The notes beneath the pieces were generated by a model. The model was not told the DNA's origin, searched no databases, and worked only from the letters and a program-made list of their open reading frames with translations. Of a DNA stretch of 60,435 bases, positions 47,701 through 59,700 are shown piece by piece. Every line of letters begins with the position of its first letter. Position 1 is the first letter of the stretch. The stretch is from the NCBI GenBank assembly GCA_044375095.1, contig JBILNH010000001.1, positions 1 through 60,435 on the forward strand. Reading direction: 5' to 3'. The stretch is from Crocinitomicaceae bacterium. GTDB lineage: Bacteria; Bacteroidota; Bacteroidia; Flavobacteriales_D; Crocinitomicaceae. The position numbers were made by a program, and so were the translations under genes.

Positions 47701-50700
47701 AAAGCGTTGTATTGATTAGCACATCATTAATTGAAGAGGTACTCTGTGTTGTCGTGGCTTCACCTGTAACGCTTCCGTTGTCAACTGCTGACCACGTGTA
47801 TGTTGTTCCAGCAACATTTGATGTAATTGAATAATTTACATTGTTACCTGAACAAATAGTAAGTGATGTTCCACTGGTAATTACCGGACTAGGTTTCACC
47901 GTTACGGTAATGGTGAAGTTATTTCCAGCACAATTGTTAGCCGTGGGTGTGATCGTATAGATGACTTGTTGATTGACATTGGATGTATTGATCAATACTT
48001 CAGAAATGGATGACGAATTTTGAGCGGTCGTGCTTTCTCCATTCACTTGTGGGTTGTTTTGAGCAGACCATTGGAAGGTAGATCCTGTGACTGAACTCAA
48101 AAGATTGGTTGTGAAATTTTCTCCAGAACAAATAGTAAAGGAACTTAAATTGGTCACAACTGGTAATGGATTAATCGTAACAAATACGTTTTGATTTGTT
48201 CCTGAACATCCATTTAGTAATGGTGTTACTGTGTAATCAATCTGTTGAGCGATTGACGTGTTATTCGTCAAAGCATCAGTTATAGTCGCTCCATTTTGGG
48301 TCGTAATCGATTCGCCTGTGACGTTCAAATTATTTTGAGCAGACCAGTTAAATGTGGTTCCATTGATGTTTGCTGTAAGCGGAATAGAGAGAGTTTCTTC
48401 ACTACAAATAGTTACGGGTGCAATTGGTGTAATTGATGGAAGAGGCTTAACAGTAACTGTAATCGATTGATTTGGTCCAACACAACCATCTGCAGTTGGC
48501 TGTACAGTATACGTTACGTTCTGATTGGTCAATGATGTATTGATTAAAACATCTGTAATTGAGGATACATTTTGAACAGTTATACTCTCACCACTAACAG
48601 AAGTATTGTCAGAGGCTGACCAGTTGAAGGTCGTTCCAACAACGTTTGATGTTAATGCAACATTGACATTTTCGCCACTACATATTGATAATGTAGTTGC
48701 ATTAGTTACTGTAGGTGTTGGTTTCACTGTAACTTGGGCAACTGCAACAGGACTACTACAACCGTTGAATGTAGAAAGTAATGAATATGCAACGATTTGA
48801 TTTGTCGAGCTGGTATTAATTAACTGATCACTTATTAAATTTCCTGTCTGTGTTGTTAGACTTTCTCCAGTTACATTTCCATTATTTTGCGCAACCCAAG
48901 TCAATGTAGTTCCTGGGATAGTCGAACTTATAGGTAAGTCAACGCTTTCTCCACTACAGATTGTTGCTGTGAGCAAACTATTAATTGTTGGAATTGGGGT
49001 TACTGTTACAACAAGTGTTTGACCTGCTCCGGTACATCCAGCCGCAGATGGAATTACTGTATATGTTACATCCTGTTCAAATAATGTTGTATTAACAAGA
49101 ATATCAGTTAGTGATGAGGTTGATTGTGGAGATGTACTTTCTCCAGTAATATTCACGTTATCATTGGCTACCCAAGAATAAGTCGTACCTGATACGTTAG
49201 AAGCAAATGGGAAGTTAAGTGCAACGTTACTGCAAACCTGGGTGCTATTTACACTTGTTATTGCAGGATTTGGTTTTATGTTAACCGCAACGCTTTGAGC
49301 TGATCCAGTACATCCATTAAATGACGGTGTAACAACGTAATTTACCGTTTGATTGACAGTTGAACTACTTGTAAGGATATCGGAAATTAAACCAGAAGTT
49401 TGGAGGGTTAAACTTTCCCCTGAAACAAGCGGGTTGTTAGCCGCTATCCAAGTAAATGTTGAATTTGTCAGCGATGCGTTCAATGCCAAGTTAACACTTG
49501 AACCACTACAAATTGCTGCCGAATTGTTGCTTAACATTGTAGGTCGTGGCTTAACGATAACGGTAACCAATTGGCCTGTTCCTAAACAGTTATTCGCCGA
49601 AGGTGTAACCGTATAAACTACAGTCTGATCTGAAGTTGTAGTATTCGTCAAAACATCTGTAATCGTAGATGTCGTTTGAAGTGCTGTTGTTTCTCCTCCT
49701 ACATTTGCGTTACTTGCAGCTGACCAGTTAAATGTTGTTCCCGCAACTGTAGACGCTAACGACTGTCCAACCGCTTCACCACTACATATTGAAAGGTTAC
49801 TGGGACTTGAAAGAACAGGAGAAGGGAATACTGTAACCGTAACCGTTTGAACATTTCCATTACACCCATTACCAGATGGGGTAACCGTGTAAAGCACATT
49901 TTGATTAACGTTGGTCGTATTGACTAATGTATTCGTAATTGTTGACGTAGAAACAGCACTTAAGCTTTCTCCTGTTACATTTGGGTTATCTGTTGCAACC
50001 CAAGAATAAGCTGAACCGGAAACATTTGACGTCAATGCAAGGTTAATATTGCTACCACTACAAATACTCAAGCTAGAAATACTTGTCATTGAAGGAATCG
50101 GATCGACAGAAACGGTAATTGTTTGAGGCAATCCGGCACAACCATTTAGAATAGGGGTAATCGTGTAGGTAACAGTTTGCGGTGAGGTAGTGGTATTGAC
50201 AAGTACATCATTAATTAGGCTTGTGTTTTGAAGCACCGTATTTTCGCCACTTACTGATGCATTTGGCGTGGCTACCCAACTAAAGGTTGTACCTGGGATA
50301 TTGGACGTTAAGTTCAAATTGACAGCTACGTTACTACATATTGTAACAGTTGATAGGTTTGTTACTACCGGTAAAGGATTTACAGTAACGATAAGGTTTT
50401 GAGTTGTTCCAACGCAACCACCAGGACCTGTTGGTGTAATGGTATAATTGACGACTTGTGCTGTAGTAGTCGTATTGATGAGTACATCGTTTATTGATGA
50501 AGTGTTTTGATTTGTTAAACTTTCACCGTTAATATTGGCGTTATTGCTTGCAATCCAGCTAAAGGCTGTGCCAGAAACGTTAGATGAAATAGCGAGATTG
50601 ACAGGACTGTTACTGCAAATTGTTAAGGCACTTGATGACGTTAATGATGGATTTGGATTAACTGTAACTGACACTGTTTGAGGTGTACCTGAGCATGAAT

Positions 50701-53700
50701 TAAATGTAGGAGTTACCGTGTATAAAACAGTTTGAGCTGTATTCGTTGTATTGATAAGTTGGTCACTAATGATTCCAGAAGTTTGGGCAGTTACACTGTT
50801 TTCTCCGGTTACGTTCGCATTATCTTGAGCAATCCATGTGAAAGTAGATCCTGATATTGAAGCGGAAAGATTTAATCCCACATTTGACCCACTACAAATA
50901 GAAACAGTAGTACCGCTCGTCATGACCGGGTTAGGTTTAACTAAAACATTCACGAGTTGCGCTGTTCCTGGACATCCATTTAAAGTTGGAATGACTGAAT
51001 ACGTCACAGTTTGGTTGGATGTCGTCGTGTTAATTAGTACGTCACTAATTATCGAGGTGTTTTGTTGTGTTGTACTTTCTCCATTTACTGAAATCGTTGC
51101 TGTTGCTACCCAAGAAAATGTCGTTCCGGGAAGACTTGAAGTTAACGGCAAGTTCACACCACTTCCACTACAAATGGTAACATTACTTGCACTTGAAACA
51201 GAAGGATTAGGCTGAACGGTTACAGTCACGGTCTGATTGCCGCCAATACATCCATTGGCTGCAGGAGTAATGGTATAGGTCACTTGTTCATTCGATCCAG
51301 TTGTATTGATCAAAATGTCTCCAATCGTCGCAGTAAATTGATTGGTAGTACTTTCGCCGCTGACATTAAGATTTTCTGTTGCAGACCAAGTGAATGAGGA
51401 GCTTGTTACGTTAGATGATAAATTCAATCCAATTGAACTTCCGCTACAAATCGTCAAATTCGAAAGGCTTGTCATAGATGGACCTGGATTCACAGTAATG
51501 ACAACTGTTTGTGGTGTTCCAGAACATCCATTGAATAAAGGGGTTACAGTGTAAGTGACTGTTTGAACGATATTCGTCGTATTAATCAATACATCCGTAA
51601 TCGTACTGCTGTTCTGTGAAGAGATGCTTTCACCTGTCACGTTTGCATTTGGACTCGCCACCCAACTAAATGTAGTTCCCGGTATTGAGGCATTCAAATT
51701 AATGTTCACATTAGCTCCGCTACAAATCGTAGAATTTGCCACACTGTTCATCACCGGTTTTGGTTTAACCACAACCGTTAAGGCTTGCGCGTTACCAAAA
51801 CATCCATTCGCAACAGGTGTAATCAAGTAGTTTATTATTTGATCTGCGCCACTTGTATTCACAACCAAATCTGATATTGTGGAAGTCGATTGTGGTGATG
51901 TGCTTTCTCCTGTGACATTTGTATTGTCAGCAGCAGACCATGTATAGGTTGTTCCAGCAACAGTGGACGATAAACTCAATCCAATTACATTACCACTGCA
52001 CAGTGTAAGATTGTTCGCACTTGTAATTGAAGGCGTTGGATATACCATAACACTTACTGTTTGCGTAACTCCGTTGCAACCATTCAAGGTTGGAGTAACA
52101 CTGTATAGTACAGTTTGATTTGTAGATGCGGTGTTTACTAAAACATCATTAATTAAACCGCTGGAAACAGCAGTAGATGTTTCTCCAGTTATGTTTGGAT
52201 TATCAGTTGCAACCCAAGAAAATGACGTTGCTGAAATACTCGACTGGAGACTAAGGTTAACATTACTTCCCGAGCACAACGCGAGACTTGCTGCACTTGT
52301 CATTACTGGAGTTGGTTTAACGGTCACTGTCACAAGTTGTGAAGGACCAGAACATCCATTAAGTGTTGGAATAACAGTATAAATCACATCCTGAGAAGAC
52401 CCACTTGTATTGGTAAGTACATCAGTCAGTGTATTTCCCGTTTGTGCTGTCGTACTTTCACCATTTACAAACGAGTTAGCAGCAGCAGACCAGCTAAATG
52501 TTGTGCCTGAAATTGAAGAGGTAAACGCAAGATTGACGGCCGTTCCACTACAAATTACCGCAGTATTTGTGCTGTTGACTATCGGTGCAGGTCGAACGGT
52601 AACAGTAATTGTTTGCGCCGTACCCGAACAACCGTTTGCAGTTGGCGAAACAGTATAAATAACTTGTTGATCAGTTAATGAGTTATTGGTAAGTACGTTG
52701 GCAATTGCTGTTGTCGTTTGAGGCGTGGTACTTTCACCTGATACTTCTACGTTGTCAGCAGCTACCCAGCTGAATACCGTACCAGTTACGTTGGAAGTTA
52801 AGTTAATTGCCAATGCACTTCCACTGCAGATATTGGCAGTAGTTGAACTCGTTAAAACAGGATTCGGTTTTACAGTAATGGTAACAATTTGAGTCGCTCC
52901 AACACAACCGTTAAACGTTGGTGTTACGGTGTAAGTCACTACTTGATCGACATTTGTTGTATTGACCAAATTATCAGTGATGAATGCACCGTTTTGAAGG
53001 GAAACACTCGATTCACCCGTTACGTTATTATTCGTTGTAGCAATCCAAGAGAAATTAGTGCCTGAGATGCTTGATATAAGCGGAAAACTTAATGTTGTTC
53101 CACTACAAATGGACTGGGTTGAGGCACTTGTAATCGATGGAGTTGGTTTCACTGTAACAGTAACCTGTTGAGGGTTTCCACTGCAACCAGCAACGGTTGG
53201 CGTAACGGTATAGAATACGGTTTGATCAGTTGTCAAGTTATTGATCAACACATCGTTTATGGTTGCGGTGGACTGAGGTGTAGCGCTTTCACCGGAAACA
53301 TTACTTGTTTGAGTTGCAACCCATGAGAAAGAAGAACCTATTATTGTCGAACCAAGGTTGAGCGAAACACTGTTTCCGCTACAGATAGTGACCGCCGCTG
53401 AACTGGTCATTTGAGGATTTGGATTCACCGTTACATTAATGGTAACCGCCGAACCGGTGCAACCATTAAAGGCAGGAGTAGCTGAATATGCGACAGTTTG
53501 CGGCAACAAAGAAGTGTTAATTATAATATCACTTATCGTACTAGTTGATTGTAAAGACGTTGATTCACCTGTTGCATTGATATTGTCAGCAGCTAACCAG
53601 CTGTAGGTGCTGCCTGTTATGGTAGAAGTCAACGCTAATTCAACAGTGTCTCCGCTGCAAATAGTTAATGCTACAGGAGCCGTCAATACAGGACGAGGCT

Positions 53701-56700
53701 TCACTGTTACTGTTACAGTTTGTGTAGGTCCTGAGCAGCCATTCAATGAAGGGATTACATTGTAATTAACTACTTGATTGATTAGTGAAGTGTTTGTAAG
53801 TATGTCAGTGATTGAAGTAGTGTTTTGGGATGTAGTACTTTCACCACTTACGTTATTGTTTGCAGCTGCTGACCAGGTGAATGTCGTGTTTGTTATACTT
53901 GCACTCAATGGAATTGCTACCGCTGAACCGCTACAAATGGTTAGTGATGTGGCACTATTCATTACAGGGTTAGGTTGAACGATAACACTTACTTGTTGAT
54001 TATTACTAGAACAACCATTCGCAGTTGTTACCACGGAATAATTTACGGTTTGATTAACCAATCCCGGATTGATTAAAATATCGTTTATACTATTTGTGTT
54101 CTGTGTTGTTGTCGTCTCTCCTGTCGTAGAATTATTATCGGTCGCCGACCAACTAAATGCAGCACCTGAGACATTTGATGTCAAGTTAAGGTTTACAGCA
54201 GAGCCACTGCAAATGGTGTTAGTTAAATTACTTGTAAGCACAGGAATAGGAGCAACCGTAACAGTTAACTGCTGTGCAGCACCAAAACATCCATTGAAGG
54301 ACGGTGTTATTGAGTAAACGACCTGCTGTGTTGTCGTTGTTGTATTCGTCAACGCATCAGTAATAATAGCTGAATTCTGAATGTTTGTACTTTCCCCAGT
54401 TACTCCTGCGTTTGACTGCGCTGACCAGCTAAAGGTAGTACCACTAATTGTAGCATTCAGGTTTATAGATAGAGAAGAACCACTGCATATAGTTAATGGA
54501 GAAAGTCCAGTTAATGAAGGCGTTGGTTTCACGGTTACTGTAACCACTTGACTAGGACCAGAGCAGCCATTGACAATTGGTGTAACCGTATACAGAACGA
54601 GCTGTTCAGTTGTTTGATTTGTAGATAACACATCGTTAATCGCAGCACTTGTTTGTAACGATGTACTTTCACCGGTCACCGTGTTTGTTGCGGCGGCTTG
54701 CCAAGTGAAACTTGTACCTGGTATTGAGGAACTCAGGTTTAGTCCGACTGCATTTCCACTACAAATTGTTACAGTTGCGGAACTGTTTATTACTGGAGAT
54801 GGATTCACAGTTACTTGAACCGTTTGGGGTGGTCCGTTACAACCATTGTAGGATGGATTTATCGTATAATTAACGATTTGCGCAATTGAGGTTGTATTGA
54901 CTAAAGAATCATTAATAAATGAACTGGTTTGAGGACTTGAATTTTCACCTTGAACGTTTGCGTTAGACGTCGCTAACCATTGAAATGAGGTGCCAACAAT
55001 AGATGAGGTAAGCGATAAATTTACAAGTTGTCCGCTACACAATGTCAAGGAGTTTGCACTCGTTACTACAGGTGTTGGTTTTACAAGTACATTTATTAAT
55101 TGTGAACTTCCCGAACATCCATTTGCACTTGGGGTAACAGTATACGTGACGGTTTGATCGCTTGTAGAGTTATTAATTAAAACATTATTTATGGTTGAAG
55201 TTGTCTGTACAGTTGTGCTTTCTCCAGTAACATCCGTATTATTTTGAGCTACCCAAGAATAGGTTACGCCGCTAACGTTGCTCGTTAATTGCAAGTTTAC
55301 TGGTTGACCACTACATATAGTAAGGTTGGTTAGATTAGATAAGGTTGGATTTGGATTAACAACTACGGTTACTGTTTGGGTCGTACCCGCACAACCGTTG
55401 GCTGTTGGCGTAATATTGTAAATTACGGTCTGAGAAGCTGTAGTTAAATTCACCAATACATCGCTAATTGACGAGGAAGATTGCAGGGTTGAACTTTCTC
55501 CGTTCACATTAACGGTTGAATTAGCGATCCAACTAAAAGTGCTTCCTGAAACTGATGATGTCAAATTCAAGTTGACTTGCGCACCTGAACATATGGTGAC
55601 ATTGGGTAAACTCGTTACAGAAGGAGTCGGGTTAACATTTACAGTGATAGTAAGGGGTGAACTCGCGCATCCATTGAATGACGAAGAATAAGTGTAAACA
55701 ACTTGTTGAACTGTTGACGTATTATTAATTAAAATGTCGTTAACCGTTGATGAATTTTGTGTGGCATTCGATTCTCCAGTAATGCTTGTATTACTGGCAG
55801 CTGACCAGCTTATAGTTGCTCCAGTAATGTTGGTAATCAGAGGCACGTTTAACGATTGACCACTACAAATTGTAAGTGGATTAACCGGACTGATCTGAGG
55901 TCGAGGTTTAACCGTTATGGTTAGCGTTTGAGTTGCACCTGTACATCCATTAAAGGTAGGAGTGACTGTATAGACAACTTGTTGATCGGAAAGCGTAAGG
56001 TTGTTGAGAACATCTGAAATAATTCCTGTGTTTTGAGCAGTTGTACTTTCACCGGACACGTCTGCAGTTGCAGCGGCTACCCAATTGAATGTTGTTCCTG
56101 AGATATTTGATGTTAATGCGAAATTGAGTGCGTCCCCACTACAAATGGTTAATGCAGAAGCACTAGTAATCGTTGGGCTAGAATTTACAGTTACAGCCAC
56201 AACCTGGGATGTACCAGTACATTGATTAAAGGTTGGTATAACAGTATAATTGACAACCTGACTGCTAGCAGTAGTGTTTATTAATTGATCATTAATTGTG
56301 GCAGATACTTGCGCTGTAAGGCTTTCTCCAGTCACGTTAGAGTTGGATGCTGCGGACCAACTGAAACTTGTTCCACTGATGTTTGCGTTCAATGGTATTG
56401 ATAGTGAACCCCCGCTACAGATGGATGAGGTGGAAGAGATAAGTAAACTTGGTCGTGGTTTCACAACCACATTCAATTGTTGCGATTGTCCTGGACAGCC
56501 ATTAAACGTAGGTATAATTGAATAGACAACCGTTTGATCTGCTGTCGTTGAATTGATCAGTACGTCGCTAATGCTTGAAGTGCTCTGATTGGTTGTTGTT
56601 TCACCTCCAACAGATGCATTATTCGCTGCGGACCATGTAAAATTTGAACCGTTTAATGAAGAAGTTAGGTTCAGGTTAACGGCCTCACCACTACAAATAG

Positions 56701-59700
56701 TCAATTGTGACGGACTTGTAACAGTTGGTAATGGATTAACTGTAACATTAACAGTTTGCGGCAAACCACTACACCCATTGACAGAAGGCTGAATGGAATA
56801 ACTTACAACACTGCTGTTATTACTAGTATTCGTAAGTAAATCGTTAATTGTAGAAGATGATGTTGCTGTTGTTGTTTCTCCACCAACTGTTGCATTGGTT
56901 GCTGCTGACCAGGTAAAGTTTGTTCCTGTAACATCAGCAGTTAATGTCAATCCAACTGTATTTCCGCTACACAATGAAAGTGCCGAAGCACTTGTCATAT
57001 TTGGATTCGGTTTAACTGTCACCGTGAATTGTTGACTAAGCCCACTACAACTATTGAATATAGGTGTTACAGTATAGGTAACTGTTTGGTCAATAGGCGT
57101 AGTATTGATAAGAACATCATTGATTAATCCGGTAGTTTGATTGGATGTACTCTCGCCCGTAACACTAGAATTTGAAGTTGCAACCCAAGAAAAAGTGGAT
57201 CCGGTAACATTCGCATTCAGAATGGTATTGACATTACCTCCACTACAAAATGTTATATTTTGCAGTCCAACAACACTTGGTATTGGTTTAACAGTTACAT
57301 TCAATATAAATGGAGATCCTGAACAGCCGTTTAAGGTTGGTGTTATCGTGTATTGAACTGTTTCATTAGCAAATGAATTGTTTATCAAGACATCTGTAAT
57401 TGTTCCACCCGTTTGGGAGGTTGTACTTTCACCTGTAACAACTGCATTATTAGTCGCAATCCATAAAAATGTTGTACCTGTAACAGTTGAGGTTAACGTT
57501 TGATTTACCGCGGAATTACTGCAAATAGAAAGTGTATTTGGACCAGTTATCGATGGGGTAGGCAGAACAGTTATGGTAACTTGCTGAACAGGGCCAGGAC
57601 AACCATTAAATGTTGGTGTAACATTATATACTACTTGCTGAACAGCTGTTGAAGTATTAACAAGTGTGTTTGTTATAGCATTACTATTCTGTGTTGTTGT
57701 TGATTCTCCTGTTACATTTGCATTGGCAACAGCTATCCATGAAAAAGTTGTACCGGTTATTGAACTCGTTAAACTTAAGTTTGGTGAACTTCCACTACAA
57801 ATTGAAGCAGTTGCATTCGATGTCATAGTTGGGGTTGGTTTAACAACTATGGTAATCGTTTGCACCGTACCTTGACACCCATTTGCAGTAGGTGTAACAG
57901 AATATGTTACTACTTGATTTACGCCACTTGAATTTATGAGTGTATTATTAATTAAAGAGGTAGTTTGAGCAGTTGTACTTTCGCCAGTAACGTTTGTGTT
58001 ATCAACTGCGGACCAAGAATAACTCACACCAGAGACATTTGAACTAAGTGCAATTGCTAGGGTTGTTCCACTACATATTGTATCAATCGATGCGCTCGTA
58101 AGCAGTGGACTTGGCTGAACAGAAACCAACACATTAATTGTGTTTCCAGGGCATCCCAATAGCGTTGGAGTTACGGTGTAATTTACCTGTTGAGTTGAAT
58201 TACTCGTGTTGATCAATACATCATTGATAAGTGAACTGTTAACAGGTGTTGTACTTTCTCCTGTTACATTGGCATTCGCAAGAGCCGACCAACTAAATTG
58301 TGTTCCGGTAATCGGTCCAGATAGAGAAATAGACAGCGTTTGTCCGCTACAAATCGGAGTGCTTACCGGTGGTGTAACTGACGGTGGAGGAACTACAGTA
58401 ATTGCTAACTGTTGAGGCGTTCCTGTACATCCATTCACTGTAGGCGTAATGGTATAATTTACTACTTGGAAAATACTTGTTGTGTTAACAAGCGTATTAT
58501 TAATTATTGAGGCTGTTTGAGGAGTTATGCTTTCACCATTCACAAAGGCGTTAGGAGCAGCCTGCCAACTGAAACTCGAACCAGGAACACTGGCTGAAAG
58601 CGTGAAATTGACTGCTGTATTGTTACAGATTGTATCAGACGTCGCACTAGTCATTACCGGACGAGGCTTTACAGTAATGGTAACCGTCTGAGGATCACCT
58701 AAACAACCATTTAGATTTGGAGTTATTGTGTAGGTTACCAGTTGGTTGGTGGTTGACGTATTAACAAGTTGGTCAGTGATTGTTCCAACGGTTTGTGCTG
58801 TAGTACTCTCTCCATTTACCAAAGGATTATCTGTCGCTGACCAACTAAATGACGATCCGTTTAGCGAGGAAGACAGAACCAGATTCACAGCATCACCACT
58901 ACATATCGTGGCAGCATTTGAACTAACCATTTGAGGGTTAGGCTGAACGGTAACATTGACGATTTGCTGTGTTCCAACACATGAATTTAGCGTTGGTGTT
59001 ACGGTGTAGGTAACAATTGTTGACTGATTTCCAGTTAATGTCAATACATCAGGTATTGTTGCTGTTGATTGCGGTGTCGTCGTTTCCCCAGTAACGTTTG
59101 TATTTGGCGATCCAACCCATGAAAAAGTCGTCCCACTTAAGTTAGACGTGAGTGCCAAGTTTACAGCCGCTCCGCTACAAATTGTTAATGTCGCAGGGCT
59201 AGTAAGTATCGGGTTAGGTCGAACGGTAATAGAAATAGTCTGGTTTGAACTACAACCATTTAGTGTTGAAGAAACTGTGTAAACTACAATTTGATCCAAG
59301 AGGGTATTGTTCGTTAACACATCATTTATAATTCCGGTACTTTGAATGCTGGTAGTTTCTCCTCCAACATTATTATTCGCAGCTGCAGACCAACTAAAAG
59401 TTGTTCCGGGAATATTCGCTGTTAAATTAATTGCAAGGGTTGCTCCGCTACAAATCGTTTGGTTAGTAGTGTTGGTTAATACGGGATTAGGTCGAACAGT
59501 AACCGTTACAAGTTGCGGAGTGCCAAGACAGCCATTCGCAGTTGGAGTAACAGTATACGTAACAACTTGATTTGTCGCAGTAGAGTTCAATAAAATATCC
59601 GTAATTGTAGCACCTGTTTGTGCAACGAGGCTTTCTCCGGCTACATTTAAACTGTCCGCCGCAACCCAACTAAACGTTGATCCTGCCACTGTAGAAGATA

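Noticed and set aside
38765-59570. About 35 plus-strand ORFs of 60-125 aa spread periodically through the giant gene. Many share a pattern such as LSPVTL..AADQLNVVP...PLQI...G.G.TVT..C..P.HP...GVTV.
   Set aside because: They are antisense shadows of the repeat. The sense strand is rich in ACN/TCN/AAY/GTN/GGN codons and poor in TTA/CTA/TCA, so the codon-aligned antisense frame rarely hits a stop. Their mutual similarity only mirrors the sense-strand repeat. None has an independent start context or spacing outside the repeat period.
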